Under the pieces are notes generated by a model that was not told the DNA's origin, ran no database searches, and worked only from the letters and a program-made list of their open reading frames with translations. Shown piece after piece: positions 1 to 13,000 of a DNA stretch of 64,000 bases (positions are counted from its first letter, which is position 1; the number at the start of each line of letters is the position of its first letter). Position numbers and translations under genes: made by a program. Source of the DNA: the human T2T-CHM13v2.0 reference genome, Homo sapiens; the NCBI RefSeq assembly GCF_009914755.1, contig NC_060933.1; one strand, 5' to 3'.

Positions 1-40
1 CGAGTGCAGGGGAATGGAATGGAATGGAATGCAATGGAAT

Positions 41-55
41 GGAATCTTCCGGAAT
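41..55. promoter_or_regulatory. Perfect 3-unit heat-shock element nGAAn-nTTCn-nGAAn (first of ~38 copies)
   Basis: gGAAt cTTCc gGAAt is an exact match to the HSF1 trimer consensus. Function in situ is inferred. Confidence 0.6.
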
Positions 56-134
56 GGAATGGAATGGAATGGAATGGAATGAAATGCAATGGATTCAACT
101 CGATTGCAATGGAATGGAATAGAATGGAAAGGAA

Positions 135-3100
135 TGGAATGGAATGGAATGAACCCGAATAGAATGGAATGGAATGCAATGGAACGGAATGGAACGGAAT
201 GGAATGGAATGGAATGGAATGGAATGGCATGGAATGGAATGGAATGGTACGGAATAGAATGGAATGTAACGAATTGTAATGGAATGGAATTGAATGGAAT
301 GGAATGGAATCAACGCGAGTGCAGGGGAATGTAATGCAACGGAATGCAATGGAATGGAATCATCCGGAATGGAATGGAATGGAATGGAATGGAATGGAAT
401 GGAATGGAATCAACCCGAGTGCAATGGAATGGAGTGGAATGGAATGGAATGGAATGGAACAACCCGAATGGAATGGAATGTAATGGAATGAAAGGGAGTT
501 GAATAGAATCAATCCGAATGTAATGGAATGGAATGCAACGGAATGGAATGGAATGGAATGCAATGGATAGCAATCAACCCGAGTACAATGGAATGGAATG
601 GAATGGAATGGAATGGAATGGAATGGAATGGAATGCCTTCAAAACGAATGGAATGGAAAGGAATGGAATCAACACGAGTGGAATGGAATGGAATGGAATG
701 GAATGATACGGAATAGAATGGAATGGAAAGAAATGGAATGGAATGGAATGGAATGGAATGGAAAGGAATGGAATGGAATGGAATCGTTCCGAGTGGAATA
801 GGAGGGAATGTATTCGAGTGGAATGGAAAGGAATGGAATCAACCAGAGTGGAATGGAAGGGAATGGAATGGAATGGAAACTAATAGAATGGAATTAACCC
901 GAGTGGAATGGAATGGAAAGGACTGGAATGGAATGGAATGGAAACGTATCAACTCGATTGTAATGGAATGGAATGGAATGGAATGGAATGGAATGGAATT
1001 AACCCCAATAAAATGGAATGGAATGGAATGGAATGGAATGGAGTGGAATGGAATGGAATCAACCCGAGTGCAGGGGAATGGAATGGAATGGAATGCAATG
1101 GAATGGAATTATCCGGTATGGAATGGAATGGAATGGAATGCAAAGCAATGGAATCAACTCGATTGCAATGGAATGGAATGCAATGGAAAGGAATACATTG
1201 GAATCAACCCGAGTGGAATGGAATGGAAACGACTGGAATGGAGTGGAATGGAATGGAATGGAATGGAATGGAATCAACTCGATTGGAATGGAATGGAATG
1301 GAATGGAATAGAATTGAATGGAATGGAATCAACCCGACTGCAGGGGAATGGAATGGAATGGAATGCAATGGAATGGATTCAACTTGAATGGAATGGAAAG
1401 AATGGAATCAACACGAGTGGAATGGCATGGATTGGAATGGAATGGAATGGAATGAACCCGAGTACAGGGGAATGGAATGGAATGGAATGCAATGGAATGG
1501 AATCATCCGTAATGGAATGGAAAGGAATGGAATGGAATGGAATGGAATGGAATGGAATGGAATGGAATGGAATCAACTCGATTGCAATGGAATGGAATGG
1601 AATGGAATTAACCCGAATAGAATGGAATGGAATGGAATGACACGGAACGGAACGGAATGGAATGGAATGGAATGGAATGGAATGGAATGGAATGGAACGG
1701 AAAGGAATGGAATGGAATGGAATGGAATGGAATGGAATGGAATCAACGCGAGGGCAGGGGAATGGAATGGAATGGAATGCAATGGAATGGAATCTTCCGG
1801 AATGGAATGGAATGGAATGGAATGGAATGGAATGGAATGGAATGGAATGGAATGGAATAAACCCGAGTGCAATGGAATGGAGTGGAATGGAATGGAGTGG
1901 AACGGAATGGAATGGAATGGAACAGCCCGAATGGAATGGAATGGAATATAATGGAGAGTAAGGTAGTTGAATAGAATCAATCCGAATGTAATGGAATGGA
2001 ATGGAACGGAATGGAATTGAATGGAATGGAATGGAATGCAATGGAATGGAATCAACCCGAGTGCAAAGGAATGGAGAGGAATGGAATGGAATGGAATGGA
2101 AACTACCCGAATGGAATGGAATGTAATGGAGTGTAAGGGAATTGATTAGAATCAATCCGAATGTAATGGAATGGAATGGAACGGAATGGAATGGAATGCA
2201 ATGGAATGGAATCAACCCGAGTGCAATCGAATGGAATCGAATGGAATGGAATGCAATGCAATGGATTCAATTTGAATGGAATGGAAAGAATGGAATCAAC
2301 ACGAGTGGAAGGGCATGGATTGGAATGCAATGGAATGGCATCAACCCGAGTACAGGGGAATGGAATTGAATGGAATGCAATGGAATGGAATCATCCGTAA
2401 TGGAATGGAAAGGAATGGAATGGAATGGAATGGAATGGAATGGAATCAACACGATTGCAATCGAATGGAATGGAATGGAATTAAACCGAATAGAATGGAA
2501 TGGAATGGAATGGAACGGAACGGAGTGGAATGGAATGGAATCAACCCGAGTGCAGGGGAATGGAATGGAATGGAATGCAATGGAATGGAATCATCCGGAA
2601 TGGAATGGAATGGAATGGAATGCAAAGCAATGGAATCAACTCGATTGAAATGGAATGGAATGGAATGGAAAGGAATACATTGGAATCAACCCGAGTGGAA
2701 TGGAATGGAAATGACTGGAATGGAGTGGAATGGAATGGAATGGAATGGAATGGAATCAACTCGATTGGAATGGAATGGAATGGAATGGAATGGAATGGAA
2801 TTAACCCGAATAGAATGGAATGGAATGGAATGGAACGGAACGGAACGGAACGGAATGGAATGGAATGGAATGGAATGGAATGGAATCAACCCGACTGCAG
2901 GGGAATGGAATGGAATGGAATGCAATGGAATGGATTCAACTTGAATGGAATGGAAAGAATGGAATCAACACGAGTGGAATGGCATGGATTGGAATGGAAT
3001 GGAATGGAATCAACCCGAGTACAGGGGAATGGAATGGAATGGAATGCAATGGAATGGAATCATCCGTAATGGAATGGAAAGGAATGGAATGGAATGGAAT

Positions 3101-5105
3101 GGAATGGAATGGAATGGAATGGAATGGAATCAACTCGATTGCAGTCGAATGGAATGGAATGGAATTAACCCGAATAGAATGGAATGGAATGGAATGGAAC
3201 GGAACGGAACGGAACGGAACGGAACGGAATGGAATGGAATGGAATGGAACGGAACGGAAAGGAATGGAATGGAATGGAATGGAATGGAATGGAATGGAAT
3301 CAACGCGAGTGCAGGGGAATGGAATGGAATGGAATGCAATGAAATGGAATCATCCGTAATGGAATGGAAAGGAAAGGAATGGAATGGAATGGAATGGAAT
3401 GGAATGGAATGGAATGGAATGGAATGGAATAAACCCGAGTGCAATGGAATGGAGTGGAATGGAATGGAATGGAATGGAACAACCCGAATGGAATGGAATG
3501 TAATGGAGAGTAAGGGAGTTGAATAGAATCAATCCGAATGGAATGGAATGTAATGGAACGGAATGGAATTGAATGGAATGGAATGGAATGCAATGGAATG
3601 GAATCAACCCGAGTGCAATGGAATGTAGAGAAATGGAATGGAATGGAATGGAAACTACCCGAATGGAATGGAATGTAATGGAGTGTAAGGGAATTGAATA
3701 GAATCAATCCGAATGTAATGGAATGGAATGGAACGGAATGGAATGGAATGGAATGGAATTGAATGGAATGGAATGCAATGGAATGGAATCAACCCGAGTG
3801 CAATCGAATGGAATCGAATGGAATGGAATGCAATGGAATGGATTCAACTTGAATGGAATGGAACGAATGGAATCAACACGAGTGGAAGGGCATGGATTGG
3901 AATGCAATGGAATGGAATCAAACCGAGTACAGGGGAATGGAATGGAATGGAATGCAATGAAATGGAATCATCCGTAATGGAATGGAAAGGAAAGGAATTT
4001 AATGGAATGGAATGGAATGGAATGGAATCAACAAGATTGCAATAGAATGGAATGGAATGGAATTAACCCGAATAGAATGGAATGGAATGGACTGGAACGG
4101 AACGGAATGGAATGGAATGGAATGGAATGGAACGGAACGGAACGGAATGGAATGGATTGGAATGGAATGGAATGGAATGGAATGGAACGGAAAGGAATGG
4201 AATGGAATGGAATGGAATGGAATGGAATGGAATGGAATGGAATCAACGCGAGTACGGGGGAATGGAATGTAATGGAATGCAATGGAATGGAATCTTCCGG
4301 AATGGAATGGAATGGAATGGAATGGAATCAATCCGAGTGCAATGGAATGGAGTGGAATGGAATGGAATGGAATGGAACAACCCGAATGGAATCGAATGTA
4401 ATGGAGAGTAATGGAGTTGAATAGAATCAATCCGAATGTAATGGAATGGAATGGAACGGAATGGAATTGAATGGAATGGAATGGAATGCAATGGAATGGA
4501 ATCAACCCGAGTGCAATGGAATGGAGAGAAATGGAATGGAATGGAGTGGAAACTACCCAAATGGAATGGAATGCAATGGAATGGAATCAACCCGAGTGCA
4601 ATGGAATGGAGAGAAATGGAATGGAATGGAGTGAAAACTACCGGAATGAAATGGAATGTAATGGAGTGTAAGGGAATTGAATAGAATCAATCCGAATGTA
4701 ATGGAAAGGAATGGAACGGAATGGAATGGAATGGAATGGAATGGAATGCAATGGAATGGAATCAACCAGAGTGCAATCGAATGGAATCGAATGGAATGGA
4801 ATGCAATGGAATGGAATCAACTCGATTGCAATCGAATGGAATGGAATGGAATTAACCCGAATAGAATGGAATGGAATGGAATGGAAAGGAACGGAATGGA
4901 ATGGAATGGAATGGAATGGAATGGAACGGAACGGAACGGAATGGAATGGAATGGAATGGAATGGAATGGAATCAACGCGAGTGCAGGGGAATGGAATGGA
5001 ATGGAATGCAATGGAATGGAATCTTCCGGAATGGAATGGAATGGAATGGAAAGAAGTGCAATGGATTCAACTCGATTGAAATGGAATGGAATAGAATGGA
5101 ATGGA
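135..5105 (+). repeat. ~4.97-kb tandem duplication, copy 1
   Basis: ORF-track twins at offsets 4967-4977 (723/5690, 2276/7243, 3723/8700, 4677/9654). Private variants are shared, e.g. CCTTCAAAACG, GAAACGTATC, GACACGG, CAACAAGATT, GAGTACGGGGG. Confidence 0.93.
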
Positions 5106-8100
5106 ATGGAATGAACCCGAATAGAATGGAATGGAATGCAATGGAACGGAATGGAACGGAATGGAATGGAATGGAATGGAATGGAATGGCATGGAATGGA
5201 ATGGAATGGTACGGAATAGAATGGAATGTAACGAATTGTAATGGAATGGAATTGAATGGAATGGAATGGAATCAACGCGAGTGCAGGGGAATGTAATGCA
5301 ACGGAATGCAATGGAATGGAATCATCCGGAATGGAATGGAATGGAATGGAATGGAATGGAATGGAATGGAATGGAATCAACCCGAGTGCAATGGAATGGA
5401 GTGGAATGGAATGGAATGGAATGGAACAACCCGAATGGAATGGAATGTAATGGAATGAAAGGGAGTTGAATAGAATCAATCCGAATGTAATGGAATGGAA
5501 TGCAACGGAATGGAATGGAATGGAATGCAATGGATAGCAATCAACCCGAGTACAATGGAATGGAATGGAATGGAATGGAATGGAATGGAATGGAATGGAA
5601 TGCCTTCAAAACGAATGGAATGGAAAGGAATGGAATCAACACGAGTGGAATGGAATGGAATGGAATGGAATGATACGGAATAGAATGGAATGGAAAGAAA
5701 TGGAATGGAATGGAATGGAATGGAATGGAAAGGAATGGAATGGAATGGAATCGTTCCGAGTGGAATAGGAGGGAATGTATTCGAGTGGAATGGAAAGGAA
5801 TGGAATCAACCAGAGTGGAATGGAAGGGAATGGAATGGAATGGAAACTAATAGAATGGAATTAACCCGAGTGGAATGGAATGGAAAGGACTGGAATGGAA
5901 TGGAATGGAAACGTATCAACTCGATTGTAATGGAATGGAATGGAATGGAATGGAATGGAATGGAATTAACCCCAATAAAATGGAATGGAATGGAATGGAA
6001 TGGAATGGAGTGGAATGGAATGGAATCAACCCGAGTGCAGGGGAATGGAATGGAATGGAATGCAATGGAATGGAATTATCCGGTATGGAATGGAATGGAA
6101 TGGAATGCAAAGCAATGGAATCAACTCGATTGCAATGGAATGGAATGCAATGGAAAGGAATACATTGGAATCAACCCGAGTGGAATGGAATGGAAACGAC
6201 TGGAATGGAGTGGAATGGAATGGAATGGAATGGAATGGAATCAACTCGATTGGAATGGAATGGAATGGAATGGAATAGAATTGAATGGAATGGAATCAAC
6301 CCGACTGCAGGGGAATGGAATGGAATGGAATGCAATGGAATGGATTCAACTTGAATGGAATGGAAAGAATGGAATCAACACGAGTGGAATGGCATGGATT
6401 GGAATGGAATGGAATGGAATGAACCCGAGTACAGGGGAATGGAATGGAATGGAATGCAATGGAATGGAATCATCCGTAATGGAATGGAAAGGAATGGAAT
6501 GGAATGGAATGGAATGGAATGGAATGGAATGGAATGGAATCAACTCGATTGCAATGGAATGGAATGGAATGGAATTAACCCGAATAGAATGGAATGGAAT
6601 GGAATGACACGGAACGGAACGGAATGGAATGGAATGGAATGGAATGGAATGGAATGGAATGGAATGGAACGGAAAGGAATGGAATGGAATGGAATGGAAT
6701 GGAATGGAATGGAATCAACGCGAGGGCAGGGGAATGGAATGGAATGGAATGCAATGGAATGGAATCTTCCGGAATGGAATGGAATGGAATGGAATGGAAT
6801 GGAATGGAATGGAATGGAATGGAATAAACCCGAGTGCAATGGAATGGAGTGGAATGGAATGGAGTGGAACGGAATGGAATGGAATGGAACAGCCCGAATG
6901 GAATGGAATGGAATATAATGGAGAGTAAGGTAGTTGAATAGAATCAATCCGAATGTAATGGAATGGAATGGAACGGAATGGAATTGAATGGAATGGAATG
7001 GAATGCAATGGAATGGAATCAACCCGAGTGCAAAGGAATGGAGAGGAATGGAATGGAATGGAATGGAAACTACCCGAATGGAATGGAATGTAATGGAGTG
7101 TAAGGGAATTGATTAGAATCAATCCGAATGTAATGGAATGGAATGGAACGGAATGGAATGGAATGCAATGGAATGGAATCAACCCGAGTGCAATCGAATG
7201 GAATCGAATGGAATGGAATGCAATGCAATGGATTCAATTTGAATGGAATGGAAAGAATGGAATCAACACGAGTGGAAGGGCATGGATTGGAATGCAATGG
7301 AATGGCATCAACCCGAGTACAGGGGAATGGAATTGAATGGAATGCAATGGAATGGAATCATCCGTAATGGAATGGAAAGGAATGGAATGGAATGGAATGG
7401 AATGGAATGGAATCAACACGATTGCAATCGAATGGAATGGAATGGAATTAAACCGAATAGAATGGAATGGAATGGAATGGAACGGAACGGAGTGGAATGG
7501 AATGGAATCAACCCGAGTGCAGGGGAATGGAATGGAATGGAATGCAATGGAATGGAATCATCCGGAATGGAATGGAATGGAATGGAATGCAAAGCAATGG
7601 AATCAACTCGATTGAAATGGAATGGAATGGAATGGAAAGGAATACATTGGAATCAACCCGAGTGGAATGGAATGAAAATGACTGGAATGGAGTGGAATGG
7701 AATGGAATGGAATGGAATGGAATCAACTCGATTGGAATGGAATGGAATGGAATGGAATGGAATGGAATTAACCCGAATAGAATGGAATGGAATGGAATGG
7801 AACGGAACGGAACGGAACGGAATGGAATGGAATGGAATGGAATGGAATGGAATCAACCCGACTGCAGGGGAATGGAATGGAATGGAATGCAATGGAATGG
7901 ATTCAACTTGAATGGAATGGAAAGAATGGAATCAACACGAGTGGAATGGCATGGATTGGAATGGAATGGAATGGAATCAACCCGAGTACAGGGGAATGGA
8001 ATGGAATGGAATGCAATGGAATGGAATCATCCGTAATGGAATGGAAAGGAATGGAATGGAATGGAATGGAATGGAATGGAATGGAATGGAATGGAATCAA

Positions 8101-10090
8101 CTCGATTGCAGTCGAATGGAATGGAATGGAATTAACCCGAATAGAATGGAATGGAATGGAATGGAACGGAACGGAACGGAACGGAACGGAACGGAATGGA
8201 ATGGAATGGAATGGAACGGAACGGAAAGGAATGGAATGGAATGGAATGGAATGGAATGGAATGGAATCAACGCGAGTGCAGGGGAATGGAATGGAATGGA
8301 ATGCAATGAAATGGAATCATCCGTAATGGAATGGAAAGGAAAGGAATGGAATGGAATGGAATGGAATGGAATGGAATGGAATGGAATGGAATGGAATGGA
8401 ATGGAATAAACCCGAGTGCAATGGAATGGAGTGGAATGGAATGGAATGGAATGGAACAACCCGAATGGAATGGAATGTAATGGAGAGTAAGGGAGTTGAA
8501 TAGAATCAATCCGAATGGAATGGAATGTAATGGAACGGAATGGAATTGAATGGAATGGAATGGAATGCAATGGAATGGAATCAACCCGAGTGCAATGGAA
8601 TGTAGAGAAATGGAATGGAATGGAATGGAAACTACCCGAATGGAATGGAATGTAATGGAGTGTAAGGGAATTGAATAGAATCAATCCGAATGTAATGGAA
8701 TGGAATGGAACGGAATGGAATGGAATGGAATGGAATTGAATGGAATGGAATGCAATGGAATGGAATCAACCCGAGTGCAATCGAATGGAATCGAATGGAA
8801 TGGAATGCAATGGAATGGATTCAACTTGAATGGAATGGAACGAATGGAATCAACACGAGTGGAAGGGCATGGATTGGAATGCAATGGAATGGAATCAAAC
8901 CGAGTACAGGGGAATGGAATGGAATGGAATGCAATGAAATGGAATCATCCGTAATGGAATGGAAAGGAAAGGAATGGAATGGAATGGAATGGAATGGAAT
9001 GGAATCAACAAGATTGCAATAGAATGGAATGGAATGGAATTAACCCGAATAGAATGGAATGGAATGGACTGGAACGGAACGGAATGGAATGGAATGGAAT
9101 GGAATGGAACGGAACGGAATGGAATGGAATGGATTGGAATGGAATGGAATGGAATGGAATGGAACGGAAAGGAATGGAATGGAATGGAATGGAATGGAAT
9201 GGAATGGAATGGAATGGAATCAACGCGAGTACGGGGGAATGGAATGTAATGGAATGCAATGGAATGGAATCTTCCGGAATGGAATGGAATGGAATGGAAT
9301 GGAATCAATCCGAGTGCAATGGAATGGAGTGGAATGGAATGGAATGGAATGGAACAACCCGAATGGAATCGAATGTAATGGAGAGTAATGGAGTTGAATA
9401 GAATCAATCCGAATGTAATGGAATGGAATGGAACGGAATGGAATTGAATGGAATGGAATGGAATGCAATGGAATGGAATCAACCCGAGTGCAATGGAATG
9501 GAGAGAAATGGAATGGAATGGAGTGGAAACTACCCAAATGGAATGGAATGCAATGGAATGGAATCAACCCGAGTGCAATGGAATGGAGAGAAATGGAATG
9601 GAATGGAGTGAAAACTACCGGAATGAAATGGAATGTAATGGAGTGTAAGGGAATTGAATAGAATCAATCCGAATGTAATGGAAAGGAATGGAACGGAATG
9701 GAATGGAATGGAATGGAATGGAATGCAATGGAATGGAATCAACCAGAGTGCAATCGAATGGAATCGAATGGAATGGAATGCAATGGAATGGAATCAACTC
9801 GATTGCAATCGAATGGAATGGAATGGAATTAACCCGAATAGAATGGAATGGAATGGAATGGAAAGGAACGGAATGGAATGGAATGGAATGGAATGGAATG
9901 GAACGGAACGGAACGGAATGGAATGGAATGGAATGGAATGGAATGGAATCAACGCGAGTGCAGGGGAATGGAATGGAATGGAATGCAATGGAATGGAATC
10001 TTCCGGAATGGAATGGAATGGAATGGAAAGAAGTGCAATGGATTCAACTCGATTGAAATGGAATGGAATAGAATGGAATGGAATGGAATG
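5106..10090 (+). repeat. ~4.97-kb tandem duplication, copy 2
   Basis: Near-identical to 135-5105. Identity breaks at ~10091 (GAACACGAAT versus GAACCCGAAT at 151/5113), after which the sequence is a more diverged paralog. Confidence 0.93.
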
Positions 10091-13000
10091 AACACGAATA
10101 GAATGGAATGGAATGCAATGGAACGGAATGGAACGGAATGGAATGGAATGGAATGGAATGGAATGGTATGGAATGGAATGGAATGGTACGGAATAGAATG
10201 GAATGTAACGAATTGTAGTGGAATGGAATTGAATGGAATGGAATGGAATCAACGAGAGTGCAGGGGAATGTAATGGAACGGAATGCAATGGAATGGAATC
10301 ATCCGTTATGGAATGGAATGGAATGGAATGGAATGGAATGAAATCAACCCGAGTGCAATGGAATGGAGTGGAATGGAATGGAATGGAATGGAAAAACACG
10401 AATGGAATGGAATGTAATGGAATGTAAGGGAGTTGAATAGAATCAATCCGAATGTAATGGAATGGAATGCAACGGAATGGAATGGAATGGAATGCAATGG
10501 AATGCAATCAACCAGAGTACAATGGAATGGAATGGAATGGAATGGAATGGAATGGAATGGAATGGAATGCCTTCAAACCGAATGGAATGGAAAGGAATGG
10601 AATCAACACGAGTGGAATAGAATGGAATGGAATGGAATGGAATGCAATGGAATGGAATGATACGGAATAGAATGGAATGGAACGAAATGGAATGGAATGG
10701 AATGGAATGGAATGGAAAGGAATGGAATGGAATGGAATCGTTCCAAGTGGAATAGGAGGGAATGTATTCGAGTGGAATGGAAAGGAATGGAATCAACCAG
10801 AGTGGAATGGAAGGGAATTGAATGGAATGGAAACTAATAGAATGGAATCAACCCGATTGGAATGGAATGGAAAGGACTGGAATGGAATGGAATGGAATGG
10901 AATGGAATGGAATTAACCGGAATAGAATGGAATGGAAAGGAATGGAACGGAATGGAATGGAATGGAAGGGAATGGAATCAACACGAGTGCAGGGGAATGG
11001 AATGGAATGGAATGGAATGGAATGGAATGGAATCAACTCCATTGCAATGGAATGGAATGGAATGGAATGGAATAGAATGGAATGGAATTAACCCGAATAG
11101 AATGGAATGCAATAGAATGGAATGCAACGGAACCGAATGGAGTGGAATGGAATGGAATGGAATCAACCCGAGTACAGGGGAATGGAATGGAATGGAATGC
11201 AATGGAATGGAGTAATCCGTAATGGAATGGAAAGGAATGGAATGGAATGGAATGGAATGGAATCAACTCAATGGCAATCGAATGGAATGGAATGGAATTA
11301 ACCCGAATAGAATGGAATGGAATGGAATGGAACGGAACGGAATGGAATGGAATGGAATGGAATGGAATGGAACGGAACGGAATGGAATGGAATGGAATCG
11401 AATGGAATCAACGCGAGTGCAGGGGAATGGAATGGAATGGAATGCAATCGAATGGAATCTTCCGGAATGGAATGCAATGGAATGGAATGGAATGAAAGGC
11501 AATGGATTCAACTCGATTGCAATGGAATGGAATAGAATGGAATGGAATGGAATGGAATGGAATTTAATTGAATGGAATGGAATACCTTCAAACCGAATGG
11601 AATGGAAAGGAATGGAATCAACACGAGTGGAAAGGAATGGAATGGAAAGGAATGGAATGGAATGGAATGGTACGGAATAGAATGGAATGGAACGAACTGG
11701 AATGGAATGCAATGGAATGGAATGGAATGGAATGGAATGGAATGGAATCGTTCCGAGTGGAATAGGATGGAATGTATTCGAGTGGAATGGAAAGGAATGG
11801 AATCAACCAGAGTGGAATGGAAGGGAATGGAATGGAATGGAAACTAATAGAATGGAATCAACCCGAGTGGAATGGAATGGAAAGGACTGGAATGGAATGG
11901 AATGGAATGGAAGGGAATGGAATCAACTCGATTGTAATGGAATGGAATGGAATGGAATGGAATGGAATGGAATGGAATGGAATGGAATTAACCCGAATAC
12001 AATGGAATGGAATGGAATGGAACGGAATGGAGTGGAATGGAATGGAATCAACCCGAGTGCAGGGGAATGGAATGGAATGGAATGCAATGGAATGGAATCA
12101 TCCGGAATGGAATGGAATGGAATGGAATGCAAAGCAATGGAATCAACTCGATTGCAATGGAATGGAATGGAATGGAAAGGAATAGAATGGAATCAACCCG
12201 AGTGTAATGGAATGGAAAGGACTGGAATGGAGTGTAATGCAATGGAATGGAATGGAATGGAATCAACTCGATTGTAATGGAATGGAATGGAATGGAATGG
12301 AATGGAATTAACCCGAATAGAATGGAATGGAATGGAATGGAACGGAACGGAATGGAATGGAATGGAATGGAATGGAATGGAATGGAATGGAATGGAATCA
12401 ACCCGACTGCAGGGGAATGGAATGGAATGGAATGGAATGGAATGGAATGGAATGGAATCATCCGGAACGGAATGGAATGGAATGGAATGGAATCAAATCG
12501 ATTGCAATGGAATGGAATGGAATGGAATGGAATCGAATGGAGTGGAGTGGAATTAACCGGAATAGAATGGAATGGAATGGAATGGAACGGAATGAAATGG
12601 AATGGAATGGAATGCAATGGAATGGAATCAACCCGAGTGCAGGGGAATGGAATGGAATGGAATGCAATGGAATGGAATCATCCGGAATGGAATGGAATGG
12701 AATGTAATGCAATCAACCTGATGCAATGGAATGGAGTGGAATGGAATGGAATGGAATGGAAACATCCCGAATGGAATGGAATGTAATGGAGTGTAAGGGA
12801 ATTGAATAGAATCAATCCGAATGTAATGGAATGGAATGGAATGAAATGGAATGGAATGGAATGGAATGGAATCAACCCGAGTGCAATGGAATGGATTCGA
12901 ATGGAATGGAATGGAATGGAATGGATTCAACAAGAATGGAATGGAAAGGAATGGAATCAACCCGAGTGTAATGGCATGGAATGGAACGGAATGGAATGGG

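Noticed and set aside
785-850. CGTTCCGAGTGGAATAGGAGGGAATGTATTCGAGT segment as a possible insertion or bacterial RBS (AGGAGG before ATG)
   Set aside because: It stays in the 5-bp register and recurs about 17 times as a satellite module. The GAA-to-TTC gap is 3 bp, so it is not an HSE either, and the AGGAGG is coincidental in eukaryotic satellite DNA.
2141-2153. TGATTAGAATC as a DUX4 site
   Set aside because: It does not fit TGATTRRRTTA at the 3' end and is a sporadic point variant of TGAATAGAATC.
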